Source: an uncultured Alphaproteobacteria bacterium (GTDB lineage: Bacteria > Pseudomonadota > Alphaproteobacteria > HIMB59 > GCA-002718135). Taken from it: DNA of 64,000 nucleotides. The stretch covers positions 8,562-72,561 of the forward strand of contig CACNND010000001.1 in NCBI GenBank assembly GCA_902621725.1. The letters are read 5' to 3'. Below, one piece after another: positions 15,618 through 24,749 of the stretch (its first letter is position 1; each line of letters opens with the position of its first letter). The notes under the pieces were generated by a model, which saw nothing but the letters and a program-made list of their open reading frames with translations, was not told the origin of the DNA and made no database searches. A program made the position numbers and the translations under genes.

Positions 15618-16331
15618 TTATTTTTTCTCTAATTGTCTGAAAAAAATTGTTGAGAATTCATCCATAAATGTTTCCAAGGATATAAAATATTTTGATAAAT
15701 CGTTTGAAATTTTATTGTAAGCAACTACGGCAGGTATAGCCACAAAAAGACCTAATGCAGTTGCAAAAAGGGCCTCAGCAATTCCTGGCGCAACTACTGC
15801 TAAATTTGTATTTTGAGCTATTGCAATAGATTTAAAACTATTCATTATACCCCAGACTGTCCCAAATAACCCAATAAAAGGTGCGGTTGATCCAGCAGTT
15901 GCAAGGAAAGTTAAATTTCTCTCAACACTCTCACTTTCCTTATTAAAAACAACCGTCATTGATCTCATCATTCTATCCTTTAAAGAATTAATATCTGAGA
16001 TGTCATTATCAAATTGAGATTTACTCTTTTTCCATTCTAAAATTGCAGCACAAAATAATTTTGATTTTGGATCTGTCTGATTAAAATTTAAAGTTTCATA
16101 TAAATCTTCAAATGAATTTCCAGACCAAAAAATATCTTCAAATTCTTTTTCAAGTTTTTTTAATTGTCTAATTCTTAAAATTTTTGAAATTATTACATTC
16201 CAAGAATAAAGAGAGGCTAAGATTAATATTATAATTACAGATTTGACAACAATGTCAGCCTGCATGAATAAAGCAAGCATTGAAAAATCTGGTGCTTCTG
16301 TCGATAAATTTGTACTATTAATATCTGCCAT
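15618..16331 (-). CDS. tolQ: TolQ
   Basis: LATAGSTAPFIGLFGTVWGIM, VAPGIAEALFATALGL. Confidence 0.97.
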   Translation of the reverse strand: MADINSTNLSTEAPDFSMLALFMQADIVVKSVIIILILASLYSWNVIISKILRIRQLKKLEKEFEDIFWSGNSFEDLYETLNFNQTDPKSKLFCAAILEWKKSKSQFDNDISDINSLKDRMMRSMTVVFNKESESVERNLTFLATAGSTAPFIGLFGTVWGIMNSFKSIAIAQNTNLAVVAPGIAEALFATALGLFVAIPAVVAYNKISNDLSKYFISLETFMDEFSTIFFRQLEKK

Positions 16332-16336
16332 AATTA

Positions 16337-16630
16337 TTATTTTTTAATTTTTTCAAGATCGCTACTATGAACCATAACCCAAAACCCTGGTCTATTTTTT
16401 TCACATAACGCTATTACTGGTGTCTTACCCTCCTCTTTCGCAAGTTTTGCAGTATCATCCCATAAACTAATTGCTGTATGTTTTGCTCTTAGTTTACATT
16501 CTATAAATAATTCTTCATGGATTACATCAGCTCTTGTCACTTTACCATTACCGCCGCTCAAAGGTGTCCTTTTACCATTAAAATAATTTGCAACATCTCT
16601 TTCTCTTTTTTTCCAGGCTTTATCAGGCAT
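16337..16630 (-). CDS. PD-(D/E)XK nuclease, putative Hjc-like Holliday junction resolvase
   Basis: E10 (KRERDV), R21-x3-S25G, D35 (ADV), E44-C-K46, GKTPVIAL: order and spacing of the Hjc motif. RBS AAGGAA upstream. Occupies the ruvCAB slot between yebC and tolQ. Confidence 0.75.
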   Translation of the reverse strand: MPDKAWKKRERDVANYFNGKRTPLSGGNGKVTRADVIHEELFIECKLRAKHTAISLWDDTAKLAKEEGKTPVIALCEKNRPGFWVMVHSSDLEKIKK

Positions 16631-16641
16631 CTATATTCCTT

Positions 16642-17394
16642 TCATTGGGCTGTGAGTGAAGATAGAACATTGTCATCAACTTCAAAATTTGATGATACAA
16701 CTTGAACGTCATCATTGTCTTCTAAAACTTCAAGTAATTTAAATAGTTTGTCCGCTGTTTCTTTTCCAATATTTATATTATTTTTACTTTTCCAAATTAA
16801 ATTTGCAGAGTTAGTCTGACCATACTGTTTAATTAATTTATCATTAAGTTCATGTAAATGGTTTTGATCACAGTATATTGAATATTCTGTTTCATTAATT
16901 TCATAATCTTCACTATTATTTTCAATAAGAAATTCTAAAAGTTGATCTTCTTTTACTAAGTTTTTATCGAGAGTGATATTTCCAAATCTGTCAAAACCAA
17001 AACTAACACTTCCTGTTTCACCCAAATTACCTCCATATTTACTAAAAGAGGACCTAATCTCAGCAGCTGTTCTATTTTTATTATTTGTAAGTGCCTCAAC
17101 TATTATTGCAATACCTTCAGGGCCATATCCTTCATATCTTACTTCTTCATAATTGCTATCAGGATCATTTCCTTGACCTTTTTTTATTGCTCTTTCAATA
17201 TTATCTTTTGGCATATTGAGTGACTTGGCCGACGAAATTGCAGATCTTAATCTAATATTACTCTCAATATCTTCACCTCCTACTTTGACAGCAACAGAAA
17301 TTTCTCTCCCAAGTCTTGAAAAAACTTTTGCTCTTTTTTTATCTTGAGCACCTTTACGATGCATAATATTTTTAAATTTCGAGTGCCCTGCCAT
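16642..17394 (-). CDS. yebC: YebC/PmpR (TACO1) family protein
   Basis: MAGHSKFKNIMHRKGAQDKKR, YEGYGPEG, TNNKNRT, LEDNDDVQ. Confidence 0.98.
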   Translation of the reverse strand: MAGHSKFKNIMHRKGAQDKKRAKVFSRLGREISVAVKVGGEDIESNIRLRSAISSAKSLNMPKDNIERAIKKGQGNDPDSNYEEVRYEGYGPEGIAIIVEALTNNKNRTAAEIRSSFSKYGGNLGETGSVSFGFDRFGNITLDKNLVKEDQLLEFLIENNSEDYEINETEYSIYCDQNHLHELNDKLIKQYGQTNSANLIWKSKNNINIGKETADKLFKLLEVLEDNDDVQVVSSNFEVDDNVLSSLTAQ

Positions 17395-17473
17395 TACGAG
17401 TAGATTTATAAATATTTAATCCGATGTTAGTAAAGATATAAAATATTAGATAAATGTGTCTAATATATGTAAA

Positions 17474-18265
17474 TTATGTCTCTTGAATTGGGGTGATATT
17501 TTTAGCTAAACCAGTATTAGTATCAATCTCTATTAAAGCCCCGCATACTGTTATGTTTTCAGTAGCAGGTGTAAATCTACCTTCTGCCCTGTACCCCTTA
17601 ACAAATCCATGTATTGGATTATTTATATCAAAACCAATTATTGAATTATAATCTCCTGACATCCCCACGTCTGTTTGATAGGCTGTACCTTTAGGCAAAA
17701 TAACACTGTCTGCCGTTGGCACATGAGTATGTGTGCCTAAAACTGCCGTAACTTGTCCATCAACATAATATCCAAATGCCTTTTTTTCAGAAGTAGCTTC
17801 ACCATGCATATCAATAATTATCGCATCACATGTACTGCCTAACTTCTCTTTTTGAAGAAATTCAATTATGCCTTTAAAGGGATCATCTAATGATAAATTC
17901 ATAAATAATCTGAGCATTACTTGTACTACTATAATTTTTTTTCCATTTAAAAGTTCAAGCTTATAATATCCTTTTCCAGGAACTCCATCAGGATAATTCA
18001 AAGCTCTGATTATTTTTGGATTTTCTTCAATATAAGAAAGCATATCTCTTTGATCCCATGCATGATTCCCAAGTGTAAGTAGATCAATTCCGCTAGAAAA
18101 TAATTCTTCTGCATCCTTTTTTGAAAGTCCATAACCAGAAGTAGCATTCTCACCATTAGCAATAATCATGTCTGTATTATATTTAGATTTGAGTGTTGGG
18201 ATAATTTCTTTAATTTTTTTTCGTGACGCCTTGCCGATAATATCACCTATAAAAAGAATTTTCAT
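17474..18265 (-). CDS. ymdB: YmdB-like (TIGR00282) metallophosphoesterase
   Basis: GDIIG, NGEN, TLGNH, DMHGEATSEK, GTHTHVPT, TDVGM. Confidence 0.95.
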   Translation of the reverse strand: MKILFIGDIIGKASRKKIKEIIPTLKSKYNTDMIIANGENATSGYGLSKKDAEELFSSGIDLLTLGNHAWDQRDMLSYIEENPKIIRALNYPDGVPGKGYYKLELLNGKKIIVVQVMLRLFMNLSLDDPFKGIIEFLQKEKLGSTCDAIIIDMHGEATSEKKAFGYYVDGQVTAVLGTHTHVPTADSVILPKGTAYQTDVGMSGDYNSIIGFDINNPIHGFVKGYRAEGRFTPATENITVCGALIEIDTNTGLAKNITPIQET

Positions 18266-18843
18266 TGAAAACTGTATAAATTTTTTTCAGTAATAACATA
18301 ATCCACTTTAAAATCAAATTTGTCTATGGGTATGTAATCTAACTTTTGTTCTTCATATGCATAGGCTACAGAAATGAATTTATGATTAATTTTATTTAAA
18401 TAAGCAAAAGTCCTGTCATAATATCCTCCACCATAACCTAATCTGTTGCCATCGTTATCAAAGGCTAAACACGGAACAAAAATTAATTCAGGATTTAAAA
18501 TTTTATTTTTATTTTGAGGCTCTAATATATTCATATACCCTTTTACAAAACTCTCATCACTCTTGAATTGCTTAAAGCGTAAATGACTATTTTTACTTTC
18601 AATTACAGGAAGGCATAAAATTTTATTTTTTTTAAAGATAAGATTATTAAGCTCTCTTGTATTTATTTCAGAATTTATAGAAATGAAGCTGGATACTATA
18701 TTAATTTCTTGAAAGTTTATTTTTTCAAAAAGTTCATTGAACAAAGATAAAACAAAATGAGATGGATTATTGTTAAAAATTTTATCTCTGATAATTTTTT
18801 GTTCTTTTCTAATTATTGATTTTTCATCTTTAATATTATTCAT
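18262..18843 (-). CDS. ygfA: 5-formyltetrahydrofolate cyclo-ligase
   Basis: VPCLAFD..GNRLGYGGGYYDRT, D...DYVITE. Confidence 0.95.
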   Translation of the reverse strand: MNNIKDEKSIIRKEQKIIRDKIFNNNPSHFVLSLFNELFEKINFQEINIVSSFISINSEINTRELNNLIFKKNKILCLPVIESKNSHLRFKQFKSDESFVKGYMNILEPQNKNKILNPELIFVPCLAFDNDGNRLGYGGGYYDRTFAYLNKINHKFISVAYAYEEQKLDYIPIDKFDFKVDYVITEKNLYSFQ

Positions 18844-19255
18844 AATAAGAATTCTTAATTATCTCAATTAAACCTTCTACTTTTTTATTTATTTCATCAA
18901 ATTCTTGATCTAATTTCAATTTTTCATCTTCTAAAATTCTATTTTCATTTTGTAGTTTTAGTATTCTATCTTTAAGTTCTAAATTATTCTTAAGATATTC
19001 TTCATTTTTGGAATCATTTATTTCTAAACTTTTTTGTATATTTAATTTTTCTGAAAGCTCTGCTTGAAGCTCAATAGAGAGAAGTGATAATAATATAGTA
19101 TCACTTATTTTTCCATTAGAATATTTTGGATTTTGTAATTTATTATCAATTTTTTCGTTAATTAAATTAATTGAATCTATGATTTTTTTTTCATCTTTTT
19201 TTTCATATTCTAATGAAATTTCTCTGTTTAAAATTTTAGTCTTGTGAAAAGGCAT
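18836..19255 (-). CDS. zapA: Cell division protein ZapA (divergent, extended coiled coil)
   Basis: N-terminal ILNREISL..EKKDEKKI followed by LLSLLSIELQAEL and a coiled coil; upstream of ygfA, divergent from tkt. Confidence 0.65.
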   Translation of the reverse strand: MPFHKTKILNREISLEYEKKDEKKIIDSINLINEKIDNKLQNPKYSNGKISDTILLSLLSIELQAELSEKLNIQKSLEINDSKNEEYLKNNLELKDRILKLQNENRILEDEKLKLDQEFDEINKKVEGLIEIIKNSYYE

Positions 19256-19257
19256 AT

Positions 19258-19446
19258 TTATTTCTTAATTAAAAGTTCCAATTCATCAATATAATCAGAC
19301 ATTTGTTTTCGTAAATTTTTAATTTCATTTTCAAGATTTTTAATTTTTTGTTTTTTGGCATTATGATGCTCCCTTAAATCTTCTAAAGATGATCTTAGAT
19401 TATTTAAGTTTTCGCTTAGAACTGTAATTTTTTTTTGTATTTCCAT
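19258..19446 (-). CDS. Small coiled-coil protein (DUF4164/ZapB-like position)
   Basis: 62 aa of heptad pattern, directly upstream of zapA. Confidence 0.6.
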   Translation of the reverse strand: MEIQKKITVLSENLNNLRSSLEDLREHHNAKKQKIKNLENEIKNLRKQMSDYIDELELLIKK

Positions 19447-19531
19447 TATAATTTTATAGTTTGTAATTTTATAGTTGTCACGGTAATGAACCCATATTAA
19501 ATAATTTTACATTAACCATAAAGGTAAGTAT

Positions 19532-21508
19532 TTGAATAATTTAAATAATATCAACAATCTAAGACAATTATCAAATTGTATAAGATTTTTATCAATGGAT
19601 GCGGTAGAAAAAGCAAAGTCTGGTCATCCTGGTATGCCTATGGGTATGGCTGATATCGCCACAGTTCTTTATAAAAATCATTTAAAATTTGATCCAAGTG
19701 ACCCAAATTGGATTGATAGAGATAGATTAATTATTTCAAATGGACATGGCTCAATGCTTTTATATTCTTGTTTATATCTAACAGGTTATAAAGACATTGA
19801 CATAAATCAAATTAAAAATTTTAGACAATTACATAATAAAACTGCAGGTCACCCAGAATACGGAAGTGCAGAAGGAATAGAAACAACCACCGGTCCTTTA
19901 TCTCAAGGTTTAGCAAATGCAGTTGGAATGGCTTTAGCAGAAAAAAAACTCTCAAATAATTATGGAGAAGAATTAATTGATCATCACACCTATGTTTTTG
20001 CAGGAGATGGATGCTTAATGGAAGGTTTAAGCCATGAAGCGTGTAGTCTAGCTGGACATTTAAAATTAAATAAGATTATCATGTTTTTTGATAATAATTC
20101 TATTTCTATTGATGGCTCAACTGAACTTTCAGTTTCAGACAATGTGAAAAAAAGATTTGAAGCTTATAATTGGAATATAATAGAAATAGATGGTCATAAC
20201 TATGAAGAAATTGATCAAGCTATAATTCAAGCAAAAGAAAGTGATGCTCCAACAATTATATCTTGTAAAACTAAAATTGGTTTCGGCTCTCCAAACAAAG
20301 AGGGTTCAGCTTCATCACATGGTTCACCTCTTGGTGAAGATGAAATTAGTTTAACAAGAAAAAAATTAAAATGGAATTATTCACCATTTGAAATTCCAGA
20401 TGATTTATTACATGAGTGGAGAAATTTCTACAAAAGAAATGAAGTATCAAGAAATTCATGGTTATCAAAAAATAAAGAATTAATTGAAAGTAAAAATTTT
20501 AAAAATAATTATTATCAAAAAATTGATTCACAGCTTCCGGAAAAACTTAACAAATTAAAATCTGAGCATTTTAATGACAAAACAAATTGTGCATCAAGAA
20601 AATCGAGTGAACTTACTTTAAACTTAATTTCAAATTATCAAAAAAATCTTATTGGCGGATCTGCTGATCTTACTGGATCAAATAACACTAAAGCAAAAGA
20701 TATGAAGGTAATTACATCAGATAATTTTAATGGGAATTATGTTCATTATGGCATCAGAGAACATGGAATGGCTGGAGTAATGAATGGTATAGCTTTGCAT
20801 AAGGGTTTAATTCCATACGGAGGAACATTTTTGGTATTCACGGATTATTGTAGACCTTCAATTAGGTTATCAGCTCTAATGAATATACCAGTTATTTATG
20901 TAATGACGCATGACTCAATAGGATTAGGAGAAGACGGACCGACTCATCAACCAGTTGAACATCTTGCATCTTTACGGGCGATACCAAATTTAACAGTCAT
21001 AAGGCCATGTGATATTATTGAAACTATAGAAGCATGGGAATGCGCACTAAATAATATTGGCCCAACAATCTTAGTTTTAACAAGACAAAACCTGCCAATG
21101 TTACAAAAAGATAATCGAAAAGAAAATCTTGTTAATAAAGGTGGTTATAAAATTAGAGATTTCGAAGAATATGATGCAACAATTTTATCTTCTGGTTCTG
21201 AAATTGAGATTGCTTGCTCTGCTTCAAATAAACTTCTTGAAAAAAATAAATTAAAGATAAGAGTTGTCAGCATGCCTTCATTTGAATTGTTTGAAAGAAA
21301 TGATGATAGCTATAAAAATGAAATTTTAGGTAATAAACCTATTTTTGGTATTGAAGCTGGAGTAATTAATGGTTGGGAAAAATATATTACACATGAAAAT
21401 TTTGTTGGTATGTCCAGTTTTGGTGAAAGTGGTCCATATAAAGATTTATATAAACACTTTAAGATTACAGACGACTACTTAATTGAAAAAATAATTAAAA
21501 CTTTATAA
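19532..21508 (+). CDS. tkt: Transketolase
   Basis: SGHPGMPMG, SNGHGS, GDGCLMEG, YGIREHGM, THDSIGLGEDGPTHQP. Confidence 0.99.
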   Translation: MNNLNNINNLRQLSNCIRFLSMDAVEKAKSGHPGMPMGMADIATVLYKNHLKFDPSDPNWIDRDRLIISNGHGSMLLYSCLYLTGYKDIDINQIKNFRQLHNKTAGHPEYGSAEGIETTTGPLSQGLANAVGMALAEKKLSNNYGEELIDHHTYVFAGDGCLMEGLSHEACSLAGHLKLNKIIMFFDNNSISIDGSTELSVSDNVKKRFEAYNWNIIEIDGHNYEEIDQAIIQAKESDAPTIISCKTKIGFGSPNKEGSASSHGSPLGEDEISLTRKKLKWNYSPFEIPDDLLHEWRNFYKRNEVSRNSWLSKNKELIESKNFKNNYYQKIDSQLPEKLNKLKSEHFNDKTNCASRKSSELTLNLISNYQKNLIGGSADLTGSNNTKAKDMKVITSDNFNGNYVHYGIREHGMAGVMNGIALHKGLIPYGGTFLVFTDYCRPSIRLSALMNIPVIYVMTHDSIGLGEDGPTHQPVEHLASLRAIPNLTVIRPCDIIETIEAWECALNNIGPTILVLTRQNLPMLQKDNRKENLVNKGGYKIRDFEEYDATILSSGSEIEIACSASNKLLEKNKLKIRVVSMPSFELFERNDDSYKNEILGNKPIFGIEAGVINGWEKYITHENFVGMSSFGESGPYKDLYKHFKITDDYLIEKIIKTL

Positions 21509-21519
21509 AAAGGAGAAAT

Positions 21520-22524
21520 ATGAAAGTTGCAATAAATGGATTTGGGAGAATTGGGAAACTTGTTTTTAGAGCTTTATTAGAAAAAAATCCTAAAGATATT
21601 AATATTGTTGCTATAAATGAACTAGGAAGTGTTGAGAGCAGTGCTCACTTATTAAAATATGACAGTGTACATGGTGCTCTTAAAGATAAGATTAGTTCAA
21701 TTAAAAATGGATTAAAAATTGGGAAACATAAAATTAATTTTTATTCTGAAAGAGATCCTTATAACCTTCCTTGGAAGTCTCTTAAGGTAGATGTTGTTCT
21801 TGAATGTAGTGGTGTTTTTACTTCAAAAGAATTAGCGATTTCACATTTAAAGGCAGGAGCTAAAAAAGTAATTATTTCGGCACCAGCTTCAAATGTAGAT
21901 GCTACAATAGTTCAGGGAGTTAATGACAATACTATTAAAAAAAATCATAACGTAATTTCTAATGGATCTTGTACCACTAATTGTCTTGCACCTTTAGCAA
22001 TGGTTCTTGATGAAAAATTAGGAATTGAAAGTGGATTTATGACAACAATTCATAGTTATACTGGAGATCAAAGGACGGTTGATCAAACACATTCAGACTT
22101 AAGAAGAGCAAGAGCTGCTGCTGAGTCTATGATTCCAACTTCTACGGGTGCGGCAAAAGCATTGAGTTTAGTATTGCCTAGATTAAAAGGAAAACTAGAT
22201 GGCACAGCTATTCGTGTACCTACTCCTAACGTTTCACTTATTGATCTTACATTTGTTAGTAAGAAAAAAACTAGTCCAGAAAAAATCAATTCAATAGTTC
22301 TTAAAGCTTCGCAAACTAAAAAATTGCATGGAATTTTATCTACAAACTCATTACCATTAGTTTCAATTGATTTTAATCATAATTCTAGCAGTTCTGTATT
22401 TGATATGACTCAAACACAAGTTGTAAATGATAAATTCTGTAGAGTTTTATCATGGTATGACAATGAATGGGGATTTTCAAATAGAATGATAGATACTACG
22501 ATTGATCTTAAAAAATTCATTTAG
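21520..22524 (+). CDS. gap: Glyceraldehyde-3-phosphate dehydrogenase
   Basis: INGFGRIG, SNGSCTTNCLAP, WYDNEWGFS; RBS AAGGAG. Confidence 0.98.
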   Translation: MKVAINGFGRIGKLVFRALLEKNPKDINIVAINELGSVESSAHLLKYDSVHGALKDKISSIKNGLKIGKHKINFYSERDPYNLPWKSLKVDVVLECSGVFTSKELAISHLKAGAKKVIISAPASNVDATIVQGVNDNTIKKNHNVISNGSCTTNCLAPLAMVLDEKLGIESGFMTTIHSYTGDQRTVDQTHSDLRRARAAAESMIPTSTGAAKALSLVLPRLKGKLDGTAIRVPTPNVSLIDLTFVSKKKTSPEKINSIVLKASQTKKLHGILSTNSLPLVSIDFNHNSSSSVFDMTQTQVVNDKFCRVLSWYDNEWGFSNRMIDTTIDLKKFI

Positions 22525-22919
22525 TGCCTCAAAAAATTTGTTTCGCTGTATCGACACTAACTCAAATTGAAAGTTTAATAGAATTAAGAAAAATAAAGTA
22601 TAATACCTCAATAATATTCATAAAACATTTTTTGATTAAAGGTTTCGGAACAATTTGGTTGAGATCACTGATCAGCTTTGCTAAAGATAAATATAAAACA
22701 CATAATATTAAGTTCTTTGTTGATTCAGGATACGACTATGCTCTAAGTATATTATTAACTAACGAAAATATTGATTATATAAAATTGAAAAGCAATAAGA
22801 TTGTCTTAAAAAAAATTAATCAAATTGCGAAAAAAAATAAGGTTTTATTAAATCCAAGTTTTGATGTAGTAGATCTAACAAAAATTAAAAATATTCAAAA
22901 AAAATTAAAGATAAAATAA
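22524..22919 (+). CDS. Hypothetical protein resembling the N-terminal part of class II fructose-bisphosphate aldolase (metal ligands absent)
   Basis: 1-bp overlaps with both gap and efp. By-eye pattern F.V..L.QI..L.E...K..G..WLR.LI..A...Y...D.G matches the class II FBA N-terminus; H-x-D-H appears as F-V-D-S. Confidence 0.5.
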   Translation: MPQKICFAVSTLTQIESLIELRKIKYNTSIIFIKHFLIKGFGTIWLRSLISFAKDKYKTHNIKFFVDSGYDYALSILLTNENIDYIKLKSNKIVLKKINQIAKKNKVLLNPSFDVVDLTKIKNIQKKLKIK

Positions 22920-23488
22920 TGAAAATAGATGGAAATGAAATTAAAGTTGGAAATATTTTAGAAATTAATAACAAACTTTGGAAAGTTTTAAAAACCCAAC
23001 ATACTCAACCAGGCAAAGGTGGAGCATACTTACAAGCAGAACTTAAAGAAATAAGAGAGGGTACTAAAATGAATAGTAGGTTTAGATCATCCGAAACTGT
23101 TGAAAGAGCTATTCTTGATGAAAAAGAGTTCCAGTATCTCTACAAAGATAATAATAATTTTATTTTTATGGACAAAATAACTTATGAACAAATAGAACTT
23201 GGTCTCGATATATTAAGTGAGGATCAATCAAAATTTTTAATTGAAGATAGTGATGTTGTGATTAACTTTCATAATGAAAAACCAGTTGGTTTAGTTTTAC
23301 CTGATAGTATAGTTTTGAAAGTTTTAGAAACAGAGGGTGTTGTAAAAGGTCAAACAGCTGCCTCTTCATATAAACCTGCCATTTTAGAAAAAAATATTAA
23401 AACTTCTGTTCCACAATTTATTGAAGTGAATGATAAAATAGTGATTAGTACTATTGATGCTAGTTATATTGAAAAATCAAAAAATTAA
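22919..23488 (+). CDS. efp: Elongation factor P
   Basis: PGKGGAY loop, GQTAASSYKPAIL, VPQFI. Confidence 0.97.
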   Translation: MKIDGNEIKVGNILEINNKLWKVLKTQHTQPGKGGAYLQAELKEIREGTKMNSRFRSSETVERAILDEKEFQYLYKDNNNFIFMDKITYEQIELGLDILSEDQSKFLIEDSDVVINFHNEKPVGLVLPDSIVLKVLETEGVVKGQTAASSYKPAILEKNIKTSVPQFIEVNDKIVISTIDASYIEKSKN

Positions 23489-24264
23489 TGCAGCCAGCTG
23501 TTATAAATATTTTTGAAAAAGCTGTTAAAAAAGCTGGTAAGATATTGTTAAGAGATTTTGGAGAACTTGAAAAACTACAAATTCAATCCAAGTCTGTTGG
23601 TGATTTTGTTACAAATGCTGATGTTAAAGTCGAAAAAACTCTCTTAGAAATATTAAAATATTATTATCCTGACTATACCTACATAACTGAAGAAAAAGGA
23701 GAGATTAAAGGTGATGAGAATATAATTATAATTGATCCTATTGATGGTACCTCTAATTTTATTCATGGCATACCGCATGTTGGAATTATTGTTGCTAAAA
23801 TGATAAATAATGAAATTACAGATGGAGTTATATACAATCCTATTTTGAATGAATTTTTTTGGAGTTCAAAAGGAAAAGGTTCCTGGTGCAATAATACTAG
23901 ACTTAGAGTATCAAATAGAAATAAATTTTCAGACTGCTTGATTGGAACTGGACTTCCTTTTGGAGAAAGAATTTATAAAAATTATCTAAATGAGATAGAT
24001 GAAGTGCTTAAATACTCAGCCGGAATAAGAAGACTTGGTTCAGCTGGTCTTGACTTAGCTTATGTTGCCTCAGGTAAATTAGATGGTTTTTGGGAGAAAG
24101 ATCTAAATTTATGGGATCTTTCTTCAGGTACACTTTTAGTCAAAGAAGCAGGAGGTAAAATTTCAAAAATGGATGGAAGTGCTTGGAATCCAAAATCTCG
24201 TGATTTAGTTGCAACAAATAGTAAAATTCATAATGAATTAGTCAAAAAACTTACTTTACTTTAG
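23488..24264 (+). CDS. suhB: Inositol monophosphatase SuhB
   Basis: DFVTNAD, IIDPIDGTSNF, RRLGSAGLDLAYVASG, WD. Confidence 0.95.
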   Translation: MQPAVINIFEKAVKKAGKILLRDFGELEKLQIQSKSVGDFVTNADVKVEKTLLEILKYYYPDYTYITEEKGEIKGDENIIIIDPIDGTSNFIHGIPHVGIIVAKMINNEITDGVIYNPILNEFFWSSKGKGSWCNNTRLRVSNRNKFSDCLIGTGLPFGERIYKNYLNEIDEVLKYSAGIRRLGSAGLDLAYVASGKLDGFWEKDLNLWDLSSGTLLVKEAGGKISKMDGSAWNPKSRDLVATNSKIHNELVKKLTLL

Positions 24265-24288
24265 ACACTATATAAATATAACGCCTAT

Positions 24289-24516
24289 ATGAAAAAAGAT
24301 ATACATCCTAATTATCATGAAATTAATGTCGTTATGACAGATGGTTCAACATTTAAAACAAGATCTACATGGGGTAAAGAAGGTGATACTCTAAAACTTG
24401 ATATTGATTCTAAATCACATCCAGCATGGACCGGTGGTAAAGCAGGGCTTAATGAATCGGAAGGGCAAGTAGCTAGATTTCAAAAAAGATTTAAAGGTCT
24501 TAAAATTAATAAATAA
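24289..24516 (+). CDS. rpmE: 50S ribosomal protein L31 (Cys-free)
   Basis: [10 protein letters not shown]...TRSTWG...[13 protein letters not shown]...VARFQKRF. Confidence 0.97.
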   Translation: MKKDIHPNYHEINVVMTDGSTFKTRSTWGKEGDTLKLDIDSKSHPAWTGGKAGLNESEGQVARFQKRFKGLKINK

Positions 24517-24699
24517 CTATTTGAAAAACTCTTCAGCTTTTTTTTTCAATTTATTTTTCTTTTTGATCTCTTCTCTCACTCTTAGAATCTCTGTATCGAG
24601 TTCTGAAATATAATCTTCTAAATCCTCAATACTAAAATCATCTAAATCTAATACCTTTACACTTTTTTTAATTTCGTCAATTTCAAAAAAATTTGTCAT
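24517..24699 (-). CDS. DUF1192-family small protein
   Basis: DLDDFSIEDLEDYISELDTEILRVREEIKKK...AEEFFK pattern. Confidence 0.8.
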   Translation of the reverse strand: MTNFFEIDEIKKSVKVLDLDDFSIEDLEDYISELDTEILRVREEIKKKNKLKKKAEEFFK

Positions 24700-24749
24700 A
24701 CCTATATTTTATTATATATTATTTCTGGATTATATTATATGAGCCAGTA

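Noticed and set aside
16331-16642. Prophage or mobile element around the Hjc-like ORF
   Set aside because: No integrase, att repeats or other phage genes; flanks are core genes 5 and 11 bp away.
17443-17466. Hairpin atattaga-N8-tctaatat between ymdB and yebC
   Set aside because: Almost all A/T and weak; could be a terminator but cannot be supported.
24693-24749. ORF-track N-terminal extension of the DUF1013 gene
   Set aside because: It overlaps the DUF1192 start and is low-complexity; family similarity begins at MKYPLMPKATA (ATG 24750).
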